Source: Candidatus Magasanikiibacteriota bacterium | Lineage (GTDB): Bacteria; Patescibacteriota; Patescibacteriia; Magasanikbacterales; GWA2-37-8 | Length of the DNA: 64,000 nucleotides | Direction: 5' to 3' | Assembly: GCA_016189025.1 (NCBI GenBank) | Contig: JACPGS010000019.1 | Span: 16,272 to 80,271, forward strand | Position numbers and translations under genes: made by a program | Notes under the pieces: model-generated | Database searches by the model: none | The model's input: the letters and a program-made list of their open reading frames with translations, nothing else | Told to the model about the DNA's origin: nothing | Shown: piece after piece, positions 9,773-19,300 of the stretch | Numbering within the stretch: position 1 is the first letter of the stretch | How the letters are laid out: each line of letters begins with the position of its first letter

Positions 9773-10516
9773 ATGTTCCAAGCTAAAACAGAAAAAATTC
9801 AGCAATTAGCTCAAAAGTATCCCCATCGTATCAAAGAGCTTGAGGAAATTTTTAGCCGCAAGACTAACGTATATATTGACTATGCCAACGTTAAGCCGTG
9901 GGCAAGCAAGTTGGGGTGGCATGTAGAATTAAAGCGTTTAAAGCAGCTTTTAAATTCTTTTGGTACCATTAACGCCGTAAAAATTTATTGCGGCACGCTG
10001 GTGGGGAACAAAGAGTCGGTTGAGTTTAGTGAAGAATTGAAGCGGCTGGGTTATATCGTTACGACTAAGCCAGTTAAAATAATGAAAAAATCAATTGATG
10101 TTTCAAGCATTACCTCTGCTTCGCCAGATATTCTCAAAGATTTTATTCGTCGGTCATTGCTCCAGAAGCTAAAAGTTGAAACCGTCGAATATTTGAACAG
10201 TCGTTTGAAAGAACTCAATGATCAGGGTATATTCTATATCGAAGATTTAAAATGTAATTTTGATGTGGAGATTGGCAGAGACATGTTAATTGATTATGAT
10301 AAAAACGGCATTGAAAATTTTGTGTTGTGGAGCGGCGATAGCGACTTCGCCAGTTCGTTGGAGCAGCTTTTAGCCGACGGCAAAAGAGTATTCATTTTTG
10401 CCACCGCACGCAAAGTTGCAAACGAGCTCAATGAGCTTCGTAAGAAAGGATTGGCAATTTTTGATATTCAAAAAGTACGCAATTTTATTTGTTGGAATAA
10501 AGAAAAGACTGTATAA
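9773..10516 (+). CDS. NYN-domain (PIN-like, LabA/DUF88) protein
   Basis: VYIDYANV, KCNFDVEI, LWSGDSDF, GKRVFIF acidic motifs. Confidence 0.85.
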   Translation: MFQAKTEKIQQLAQKYPHRIKELEEIFSRKTNVYIDYANVKPWASKLGWHVELKRLKQLLNSFGTINAVKIYCGTLVGNKESVEFSEELKRLGYIVTTKPVKIMKKSIDVSSITSASPDILKDFIRRSLLQKLKVETVEYLNSRLKELNDQGIFYIEDLKCNFDVEIGRDMLIDYDKNGIENFVLWSGDSDFASSLEQLLADGKRVFIFATARKVANELNELRKKGLAIFDIQKVRNFICWNKEKTV

Positions 10517-10581
10517 AAGCAAAAAGGACTCCTGGCGGAGCCCTTAAGCTTTAGAATTCATGATCATCACTGATCAATAAC

Positions 10582-10611
10582 ACTATACCACATCACTAGC
10601 TAATTTGTCAA
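10582..10611 (-). promoter_or_regulatory. Convergent sigma70-like promoter pointing into the 3' end of the NYN gene
   Basis: Minus strand TTGACA-N18-TATAGT with extended TG; no minus-strand ORF follows. Confidence 0.5.
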
Positions 10612-10657
10612 GCGGAGTGGTGTGGATATAATATCCGACCTATTTTATACCTTTAAG

Positions 10658-10894
10658 CCATCTCAAAACCCACTATTGTCATCCTTTCACCCCGCCTAGC
10701 GAGGTTCAGGACAGGCTTTGAGACTATTAGGCCCCCCGACTTAGTCGGGGTCGCTCAGGGTAAACTCCGCGGAAAGCTTTGCCCTAAGCCATGTGGTAAG
10801 CTTGCCAAATCAATTGCCGAAGGGATCTCTGTCTTAAGGGAAATTTTGGACAGAGATTCCTCGCTTGACACTCGGAATGACAGTTTTGAGATGA
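10658..10894. mobile_element. MITE-like composite palindromic element
   Basis: Outer inverted repeat atctcaaaac / gttttgagat enclosing a tgtcat...gagattcctc...ggaatgaca REP-like unit and a ccccgacttagtcgggg hairpin. Confidence 0.55.
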
Positions 10895-10930
10895 CCTCCA
10901 TTTGAGATTTATAAATTGGCGGAGTGAGAT

Positions 10931-11473
10931 ATGAGGACTCCAAAAGAAATAGGTCAATGGCTGTTCAAAATAATTGTTGAAGCATTTATAATCGGCATCA
11001 TTGTAAGTTTGATTAGTAGTGCTTTATGGGCATATTATGATAGTTTTTCTTCATCGGCTGATTTTGTTAAGAATTTAAAGGGTGAAATCTCGTATAATAT
11101 ACAGATACTTGGCAGTCTTCAAACTTTAGCTAATTCAGCTGGTGAAAAACGCATTCCCTTTTATCGAAACCAAATAAAGACAAGCGTCAGGGATTCATTC
11201 TGGTATGTGCACAAAAATCAATTTTCTTCTGAAGAGATTACAAAGATTGAAAATTATTATACGAATATTGAATACTTACGAGAGTCAGTCGAACGTATTT
11301 GGATTGCAGGTAGTTCTGGGCAACAGGAACTTGCAAAAAATTTGTTAGATGGTGCCACAAAGCTACAGATTAGTTTAATTGCTGAAGGAGATGAGTTGCA
11401 AAGTATCTTGAAAAAAAATTCCTTAATAAGACCACGCTTGTGCGTTAGCAAATACTGTGTGCTCAGGCCATAA
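10931..11473 (+). CDS. Hypothetical protein with N-terminal transmembrane helix (AT-rich)
   Basis: IIVEAFIIGIIVSLISSALWAYY hydrophobic segment; GGAG RBS. Confidence 0.7.
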   Translation: MRTPKEIGQWLFKIIVEAFIIGIIVSLISSALWAYYDSFSSSADFVKNLKGEISYNIQILGSLQTLANSAGEKRIPFYRNQIKTSVRDSFWYVHKNQFSSEEITKIENYYTNIEYLRESVERIWIAGSSGQQELAKNLLDGATKLQISLIAEGDELQSILKKNSLIRPRLCVSKYCVLRP

Positions 11474-11488
11474 ACGAGCGGATTAAAT

Positions 11489-12511
11489 ATGAATTGGATT
11501 AATAATACAAGCGAGATAGGTTTGCTAACCGGAGCAGGGTTCACAGCAAATTTTGGAGGTTATCTACAACGGGAAATGTGGAATAAAATGTTTAATCATG
11601 AATTTACCCAAAAAAATGAGGTTATTAAAAAGAAAATGTTGAAAGCTGCAAGGGGGGCATGTCTGTCAAAAAGAGACTATGATTATGAGTCGGTTTATAC
11701 GGAACTATTTGAAACGCAGCCAGCAATTATACAAATTTTAATGGATACTTACAAGGTTCTAGACCAGAGTATTAGTATTAGTCACTATAACGAAACATCC
11801 TATAATGAACAAAAATTTAGAGAATTTATTGCTGAAGTTAGCAGGGCAAGCAATCAAACACCAATGGTATGGTTTACGTTGAACCAGGATTTATTTTGTG
11901 AAAATTTTGCTCAAGTTACCCCGCTCTGGATTAGGTATACGCGCCAGGACGATAATAACAACGATAAAGTTGTAGAACTGCCAAACGAGTTAAAACTTCA
12001 AGAAATACAAACACGTCATCCGAATGGCCAATTAGTGTATGTAAAACTTCATGGTTCGTATGGATGGTTGTCAAGTCGTGGTGGCAAGGCCGTAGCAGTT
12101 GGCGCAGATAAGAAAAAATTTATAGATCAAGAGCCTCTTTTAAAATCCTACTTTGATGAAATATTCTCCCCTTGGCTTAGACAGAAAAGAAAGCTATTAG
12201 TGATTGGATACTCTTTCCGCGATCAACATGTCAATGACTATTTGATTAAAGCTATACAAGATGAAAATTTGAGGCTGTTTATTATTAGTTTAGCCGACAT
12301 GAAGGACTTAGTTGATAGTTTTGCAAAGCAAGGCGATTCTAAAAAGGTAGAAATGGCTATAGATGGTTATTGGCAGAAAAAGTTGGTTGATATATTTACT
12401 GATTATGCACAAACCTCTGTTGAGGTAGATGAATTAAGGCAAGCCTTAACTAGAGATTGGATGAACAAAGATTTTTTTGGAACTCAAAGACTACCAAATC
12501 AAAACGCTTGA
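11489..12511 (+). CDS. SIR2-like (SIR2_2) NADase-family protein, putative anti-phage effector
   Basis: LLTGAGFT, FTLNQDL, VKLHGS, LLVIGYSFRDQHVN. Confidence 0.8.
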   Translation: MNWINNTSEIGLLTGAGFTANFGGYLQREMWNKMFNHEFTQKNEVIKKKMLKAARGACLSKRDYDYESVYTELFETQPAIIQILMDTYKVLDQSISISHYNETSYNEQKFREFIAEVSRASNQTPMVWFTLNQDLFCENFAQVTPLWIRYTRQDDNNNDKVVELPNELKLQEIQTRHPNGQLVYVKLHGSYGWLSSRGGKAVAVGADKKKFIDQEPLLKSYFDEIFSPWLRQKRKLLVIGYSFRDQHVNDYLIKAIQDENLRLFIISLADMKDLVDSFAKQGDSKKVEMAIDGYWQKKLVDIFTDYAQTSVEVDELRQALTRDWMNKDFFGTQRLPNQNA

Positions 12512-12563
12512 ATTGTATATAGTTATGTCTTTTTTTAGTCATCCAGATATACACAGCATGAAC

Positions 12564-12650
12564 TTGACAACCGGACGGCTGTATAGTATGCTTATATTAG
12601 CTAACCACCCCCACCCTGCCCCCGAAAGGGGGCCCGGTGGGGTTTTTTCT
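12564..12650 (+). promoter_or_regulatory. Promoter followed by a GC hairpin with T tract (leader or attenuator, or small RNA)
   Basis: TTGACA-N17-TATGCT, then ccccacc..gcccccgaaagggggc..ggtggggtttttt immediately before the ATG at 12652. Confidence 0.45.
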
Positions 12651-12651
12651 T

Positions 12652-13362
12652 ATGTCCAAACTAGTTTTTGACATTGAAACGGTCGGCGAGGATTGGGAAT
12701 CCCTGGATCAAACTACGCAGGAAGCCCTGACGCGCTGGATTAAACGCGAGGCCGAGAGCGAAGCTGAATACCAGGTGTCGCTCGCCGCGGTAAAAGACGG
12801 GTTAGGGTTTTCGCCGCTCACCGGGCAGATTGTGGCGATCGGCGTATTGGATTGCGAAAAGAATAAAGGCGCCGTGTATTTTCAGGCGCCGGGAACTTCC
12901 CTTACGGAGTCAGAGGAAGACGGCATAAAATTCAAACCCGCTACCGAACGAGAAATGCTGGAACAATTCTGGCAGGGCGCCCGGCAGTACCAGGAATTTA
13001 TCAGCTTCAACGGCCGGGCATTTGACGCGCCGTTTTTAATGGTGCGCTCCGCTATCCACGGAATTCGCCCCAGTAAAGACCTAATGTCCAACCGCTATCT
13101 GGGGAGCCAGCGCTACGACTGCAAGCATATTGACCTCATGGATCAGTTGTCGTTTTACGGCGCTGCGCGCCGCAAGGGCAGCCTGCATTTGTGGAGTCGC
13201 GCTTTTAGCATCAAGAGCCCCAAAGCCGACGGCATCAGCGGCGACGACGTTAAACGATTATTCAGCGAGAAAAAATTTTTGGACATCGCCCGCTACAACG
13301 TCGGCGATTTAGCGGCGACGCGGCAGCTGTACGAACAATGGGAAAAGTATTTGCGGTTTTAG
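12652..13362 (+). CDS. RNase H-like 3'-5' exonuclease (PolB-exonuclease-related, DEDDy)
   Basis: LVFDIET, ISFNGRAFDAPFL, HIDLMD, YNVGDL. Confidence 0.85.
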   Translation: MSKLVFDIETVGEDWESLDQTTQEALTRWIKREAESEAEYQVSLAAVKDGLGFSPLTGQIVAIGVLDCEKNKGAVYFQAPGTSLTESEEDGIKFKPATEREMLEQFWQGARQYQEFISFNGRAFDAPFLMVRSAIHGIRPSKDLMSNRYLGSQRYDCKHIDLMDQLSFYGAARRKGSLHLWSRAFSIKSPKADGISGDDVKRLFSEKKFLDIARYNVGDLAATRQLYEQWEKYLRF

Positions 13363-13586
13363 ACTTATCCACAGCGCCGGATCATTATTTATGGTTGATT
13401 CTGTGCTATACTATAGCAATCAGGGAGGGAGAAAATAATCCCTTTTTAATTTTGGGGATTGTTTTTTTTAACACTGATTTCACGGGTTAGACTTGGATTC
13501 CACGGATTGAGAATATACACGGATTAGAGTTCGCTGCCAGCCCAGGCTTTGACCGCCGCCTATCTTTTTGCTAGCATTAAGAGGAT

Positions 13587-15302
13587 ATGAATTACCCCGA
13601 GGTGATTGGCCAGCTGCTACGCCAGGCGGGAGTTACCGGTGAACTTAAATTCACCGCTCCGCCGCATACAGCGCAGGGCGATTTGGCCTTAGCTTGTTTT
13701 GATTTAGCTAAAGAATCAGGCGGACGTTCGCCGGCTGCCGCGGCCAAGGATTTAGCGGCGAGTATTACCCAAATGGCTTCCCCGCTGGTGGAACAGGCGC
13801 AGGCGGCCGGGCCGTATGTCAACTTTTTTTTGCGCGGGGGAGAGCTGGCGCGCTTAGTGTTGCCGGCAGTGGGGGATGATTACGGAGCGCATACCCTCGG
13901 CAAGGAAGAGACCATTATGGTGGAATTTGCCCATCCCAACACGCACAAGGCCTTCCACGTCGGGCATCTGCGCAACATTGTTACCGGCGAGAGCCTGGCC
14001 AGGTTGTTTCAGAACGCCGGCTACACCGTGGTGCGCGCCAACTATCAGGGCGATATCGGCTTGCACATCGGCAAATGTTTGTGGGGGTTATTACATGGCG
14101 AACCGCCGGCTGATCAGCTGGTCAGCAATCAGCAGTTAACTACGCCGGCGGCGCGGGTCAAGGTTTTGGGCGAAGCGTACGCGCGCGGAGCCGCCGCTTA
14201 CGAAGCGGATGAATCAGCTAAAAAAGAAATTCAGGAATTGAACGGCGCGGTTTATACCAATGACCCCAGCATCAGAAAAATTTACACCACCACGCGGGCC
14301 TGGAGCTTGGAGTATTTTGATACTCTATATCGCCGGCTCGACACCCGTTTTGACCGCCTTTATTTTGAATCCGAAATGTTTAGCCGGGGCAAGGAAATTG
14401 TGGAAGAGTGGCTTCCCCGCGGCGTATTTGTAGAGAGCGAAGGCGCGGTGATTTTTCCGGGGAAGCGCTTTGGCCTCCACGACCGGGTATTTTTGACCCG
14501 CGAACGGCTGCCCACTTATGAAGCTAAAGACTTGGCGCTGGCCGAGCGGCAATTTGCCGATTACCATCCGGCGCATATTTATCATGTAGTAGCCACGGAA
14601 CAGAGTGAGTATTTCCGGGTATTGTTCCAGGCGCTGGAAGCCACTTTGCCGGCCAGCCGCGGTCGGGAACATCATCTGGTATACGGCTGGGTGCGTTTGC
14701 GCGAAGGGAAAATGAGTTCGCGCACCGGCCAGGTGGTATTGGCAGAATGGCTGCTGGATACGGTCGGCGCCAAAATCCGGGAAATGATGGGCGAACGGGC
14801 AGCGGCGCTCCCCGACGCCACCGTAGAGCGGATTGCCGTGGCCGCAGTTAAGTACGCTTTTCTTAAAACCGGCGTTAGTAATGAACTGGCGTTTGACCTG
14901 GAGCGTTCGGTAAGTTTATCGGGCGATTCTGGTCCCTACCTCCTTTATATGGTAGCGCGGATGAAGAGTATTTTACGGCAGCAATCAGCAGATTCAGCAA
15001 GTCAGCAGATTCAGCAATTGGTTGGCGGAGTAACCATTACCACTTCCGAGAAACGCCTGTTGTTACAAATTGCCGAGTTTCCGGCAGTGACCCGCACCGC
15101 GGCCGAGCGCACCGACCCGTCGCTTGTTGCTCATTATTTATTAACGCTGGCCCAGCGCTTTAGTGATTTTTACGAAACCTGCCCCGTGCTCAAAGCCGAG
15201 CCGGCCACCCGCACTTTCCGCCTGGCGCTCCTTCACGCTACGCAATTAGTGCTGGAGCGCGGCCTGCAGCTGTTGGGCATTGCCACGGTAGAGGAGATGT
15301 AG
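13587..15302 (+). CDS. argS: Arginine--tRNA ligase
   Basis: GPYVNF, VEFAHPNTHKAFHVGHLRN, KMSSRTG, GDSGPYLLY, FSDFYETCPVL, ends EEM. Confidence 0.97.
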   Translation: MNYPEVIGQLLRQAGVTGELKFTAPPHTAQGDLALACFDLAKESGGRSPAAAAKDLAASITQMASPLVEQAQAAGPYVNFFLRGGELARLVLPAVGDDYGAHTLGKEETIMVEFAHPNTHKAFHVGHLRNIVTGESLARLFQNAGYTVVRANYQGDIGLHIGKCLWGLLHGEPPADQLVSNQQLTTPAARVKVLGEAYARGAAAYEADESAKKEIQELNGAVYTNDPSIRKIYTTTRAWSLEYFDTLYRRLDTRFDRLYFESEMFSRGKEIVEEWLPRGVFVESEGAVIFPGKRFGLHDRVFLTRERLPTYEAKDLALAERQFADYHPAHIYHVVATEQSEYFRVLFQALEATLPASRGREHHLVYGWVRLREGKMSSRTGQVVLAEWLLDTVGAKIREMMGERAAALPDATVERIAVAAVKYAFLKTGVSNELAFDLERSVSLSGDSGPYLLYMVARMKSILRQQSADSASQQIQQLVGGVTITTSEKRLLLQIAEFPAVTRTAAERTDPSLVAHYLLTLAQRFSDFYETCPVLKAEPATRTFRLALLHATQLVLERGLQLLGIATVEEM

Positions 15303-15311
15303 GGCGAAGCC

Positions 15312-15340
15312 TTGACTGGTGAGTTTTTTGGGTGTATAAT
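15312..15340 (+). promoter_or_regulatory. Sigma70-like promoter upstream of the TA operon
   Basis: TTGACT-N17-TATAAT. Confidence 0.65.
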
Positions 15341-15375
15341 GAAACTGTAGAAGAATTAAAAATACCAGTTAGCAT

Positions 15376-15455
15376 TAGGGCGCGGCAGACGAGTGTCTTT
15401 GGGCGCGCACCCCGATTAAATCGGGGGAGCACCCAAAGAGTGTCTGCCGCGACCA
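15376..15455. repeat. Long hairpin element, copy 1 (copy 2 inverted at 26003-26085)
   Basis: gcggcagac...gcgcgcaccccgattaaatcgggggagcac...gtctgccgcgacc. Confidence 0.7.
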
Positions 15456-15573
15456 ACCAGGCTAATTTTAGCAATAGCGATAGCGACCAGGCGGATAACG
15501 ATTATGTTCGGCATTCTTCTGCAGTTTCATCCTACTATCCTACTATCCTACTTACCTACTATCCTAAACCAAT

Positions 15574-15777
15574 ATGCCTCGCGTCCGCACCCACAACGAG
15601 CCCATTGAGCGGGTTACGCTCAAGCTCCCCAAAAGCATCGCCACTTATTTCCGCCAGGCCTTTGGCCACGGCCGGCGCAGCGAATTTGTGGCCAACTGCC
15701 TGCGCCGCCACCGCCAGGAGCGGGAGGTCGCCGCTTTGGAAGAAGATCTGCGCGGCATCGGCGGCAAACGCGTCTGA
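15574..15777 (+). CDS. Ribbon-helix-helix antitoxin-like protein
   Basis: RVTLKLPKSI...RRSEFVANCL RHH pattern; 67 aa, directly upstream of the PemK-like gene. Confidence 0.7.
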   Translation: MPRVRTHNEPIERVTLKLPKSIATYFRQAFGHGRRSEFVANCLRRHRQEREVAALEEDLRGIGGKRV

Positions 15778-15806
15778 CGCTCTGTTTTATCAATCAAACC
15801 AGGAAT

Positions 15807-16178
15807 ATGATAGCTCATTTTGATCTGGACAAAATGTACTGCGGCAAAATTAAACGGGGGGATATTTTTTTGGCCGAACACGAGCGCGAGCAGGTGGTGG
15901 TGGTAGTGCAGGATGATATTCTTAATGAACGGCTGGGGACGGTGCTCGCAGTTCCCGTTGAGCCGCACCGCGCCGGGGAGCCGGTGTTTAAAAATGAATT
16001 ATTGCTGTCTGCCAAAGAAATTAATTTGGGCCGGCCCGGCGTCTGCCTGACGCACAAACTGATGACCGTGGATCGCCGGCATCTGACTGCCAAAAAAGGG
16101 GAATTAGCTCCCGAGCGGCTAGGGGAATTATTAGCTGCCCTGGATATTACGCTCGGGCGATTCCGGGACCGCGGATAG
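15807..16178 (+). CDS. PemK/MazF-family toxin
   Basis: IKRGDIFL, VVVVQDDILN, TVLAVP, LMTVDRRHL, ALDITLG. Confidence 0.75.
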   Translation: MIAHFDLDKMYCGKIKRGDIFLAEHEREQVVVVVQDDILNERLGTVLAVPVEPHRAGEPVFKNELLLSAKEINLGRPGVCLTHKLMTVDRRHLTAKKGELAPERLGELLAALDITLGRFRDRG

Positions 16179-16193
16179 AGGTTCGTTTCAAGT

Positions 16194-16219
16194 AACACGA
16201 CTCGCCCAGTCGTGTTTTT
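16194..16219 (+). terminator. Intrinsic terminator after the TA pair
   Basis: aacacgact / agtcgtgttttt. Confidence 0.65.
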
Positions 16220-16383
16220 CGTTGGGTTCCTGGCGGTCATTGCCAATTTGGGCGATTAGTGTTTTAATTCTCCTCGGCATGTCTTTTTGCCTAGCTCCTT
16301 AACAACCAGGCAATTTTGCCTAGTGCTTCCGCCAAAAAACAGCAACCATGGACCGCCACTTGCGGCCTAAAAAGGAGGCTTCC

Positions 16384-19300
16384 ATGAAGTCGAAACGGAA
16401 TAACGCGGCGCTCATTTTCACCCTGTATTTGTTCGGTGCGGTTGGTTGCGCGAGTTCCGGGCCTACCCCGGGCACGGACGGCGATGCCAACGACGCCCGA
16501 GGGGATGCGGTGCTACCCGCCTGTGCCAAGGATCAGGACTGTCCGCCCGGCCAGCTCTGCGAGCTCGCCACACAGGTCTGCCGGCCTGGCTGCTCAACGG
16601 CCCACGGCTGCGGTCAAGGACGCCTCTGCGAGCTCGATGCCGGTGCCTGTGTGGAGTGCTTCGCCGACAGCGACTGTCTCCTAAAGCAGGAGCCCCGTTG
16701 TAACGCGAGCAAGCACCGCTGCGTCCCTTGCCTACCAGCGGGAGACAACTGCGGTCCGGGGGAGTATTGCCTTTTTGATGGCACGAACTACCGCTGCGAG
16801 GCCGGCTGCAAGGGAGACAGCGACTGCGGCGGAAACACGCCGCGCTGCGACCTGACCGCCCACCAGTGCGTCGCCTGCCTCGCCCACGCCGACTGCGCCG
16901 CCGGCACGTGCTGTACCGCCTCCCAGGAATGTATGGCCACGGACTTTCAGTCCGATGCGCGACACTGCGGCGCCTGCGGGGTGGAGTGTCTTGGCGGCTG
17001 GCTCTGCTGTGGGGGAACCTGCAGTAATCCCGCCAACGATCTCACGAACTGCGGCGGTTGTGGTAACGTCTGCACCGCCGCCCACGGTGCCCCGAAGTGC
17101 GCGGCGCGCGTTTGCGGTATTGAAGTCTGCGACAGCGGATGGGCCGACTGTAGTGGCGGAATCAGCGATGGGTGCGAAACCAACACCCAGATCAACTCCA
17201 ACCACTGCGGCGGCTGCAACCAGACCTGCCCTTTTCCTCCCAACGGGACACCGCGCTGCGCCCAGGGCCAATGTGAGATCATCTGCCAAGGTGGCTTCGC
17301 AGACTGCGACCAAGACCCGACCAGTGGCTGCGAGGTGAACACGATGACCAGCCAGGCCAACTGCGACGGCTGCGGTAACGTCTGCACCGCCGCCCACGCG
17401 ACAGCTCGCTGCTCCCAAGCCACCTGCCAGGTAGCAATCTGTGACCCCGGATATGCCGACTGCAACAGCAATCCCGCCGATGGCTGCGAATCCATGACTG
17501 AATCGGACACGGCGAACTGTGGTGGCTGTAATCGGGTATGTTCCCTACCCAACGCCATCGCTCAATGTTCCAGTGGGGCCTGCCTGCCTACCAGCTGTCT
17601 GTCGGGCTACGACAATTGCGACAATTTCGCCGGCAACGGTTGCGAAACCAGCCTCACGAGCGACCCGGCTCACTGTGGCGCCTGCGCCGCTGTCTGTTCG
17701 GATCTAAATGGCACGCCATCTTGTCGCAGCGGGACGTGCCGAATCACCTGTGCGCTGCCGTTTGACAACTGCGATAGTGACCTCGCGAATGGCTGCGAGG
17801 CCAATCTAGATGTTGACCCGAACAGCTGCGGCGGCTGTGGAGTGGTCTGTTCCTCACTGAATGTAGCAGTCCGGACGTGCAGCAATGGCATGTGCGCCGG
17901 AATCTGCGTTTCGGGATTCCAGGACTGCAATGGTAACAAGCAAGTGGACGGGTGTGAAATCAACCTCGTTACCGATGCTGCGAACTGCGGCGGCTGTGGG
18001 AACCGGTGCGACCTGCCGAACGCTACGGCCACCTGTACGCAGAGCGCCTGCGCCATTGATTCCTGCCAGTCTGGCTTTGGCAACTGTGACGGAGCGCCGA
18101 CCAACGGTTGCGAGGCAAACCTCCAGACCGATAGGGGTAACTGTGGAGTCTGCAATGTGATCTGTGCAATGCCGAATGGCACGCCGCGCTGTGTCCTCGG
18201 CAACTGCGCAATCGGCCCCTGCAACGCCGGGTACGCGGACTGCGACCGTAACATCAGCAACGGCTGCGAGTCCAATTCGCAAACCGATTCCAATAACTGC
18301 GGCGCCTGCGGCACGGTCTGTAGTGGCAGCGGTGCAACCTGCGTTGCTGGCCTGTGCACTTGCTCAATCTCAATGGGGGGGACGCTCTGCGGTGGTACCT
18401 GTGTCAACACCGCTACTGATCCGAACCACTGCGGCGGGTGCGGTCGGTCGTGCATGACTAGGCCTTGCATAAACTCGCTGTGCGATGGCATTAATTGTCC
18501 CGCTGGCTGGGCTGACTGCGACCAAAACAATCTCTGCGAAACAAATATCACCACAGTACAGAACTGTGGCCGGTGCGGCGTGGTCTGTTTGGTGCCGAAC
18601 GGTACCCCGGCTTGCGTCGGAGGGATCTGCCAGATCGCCTCCTGCACCGCGCCGTTCGCTGACTGCGTCAACGGCATCGCCGACGGCTGCGAAACGAATG
18701 TGAGCGGCAGCGATCTTCAGAACTGCGGAGCCTGCCAACAGACCTGCGTCCTAGCCCACGCGACGGCCCGTTGCTCCCAGGGCGCTTGCCAAGTAGTAGC
18801 CTGTGAGTCTAGCTATGGCGACTGCAATAGCGACCCCACCGACGGCTGTGAAACTAATCTCCTTACGGACTCTGCCCACTGCTTTAATTGCGGGAACAAG
18901 TGCCCACCAGATGCGCCAGTCTGCGTAAACGGAAATTGCCGTTGCAACAGCGACACGGATTGTGCCTTGGCGACCGGTCGGCCGAGGTGTAGTACACCGC
19001 TCCCGCCATACTTATGTGTTCAATGCCTGGACGACGCGATTGATTGCCCGCTCTATACTGCCTGTCATAAGGACGGGTATAGGTGCGAGGCTGTCTGCGG
19101 CGACGGAGCGCACACTCTCTGCAATGGCGGCTGTTGCCAGCAGGGCGTCTGCACCCAGGGGGTTGCCAATGACGCGTGTGGGAACAGTGGCGGGAGCTGT
19201 TCTGCCTGTAGTCCTTTTACGCCGATCTGCCTACCCACTGGAACGTGCAGCGGCTGCACAACATCAGCCGACTGCAAATTCGGCGTTCCTTGTATTAACG

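Noticed and set aside
9124-9805. Overlapping ORFs 9124-9762(-), 9251-9751(+) and 9497-9805(-)
   Set aside because: GC-rich shadow frames crossing a promoter and terminator; only 9300-9584 has an RBS
15332-15823. 163-aa ORF upstream of and over the antitoxin
   Set aside because: Starts inside the -10 box and runs through a hairpin and a tandem repeat; the RHH ORF in another frame is more credible
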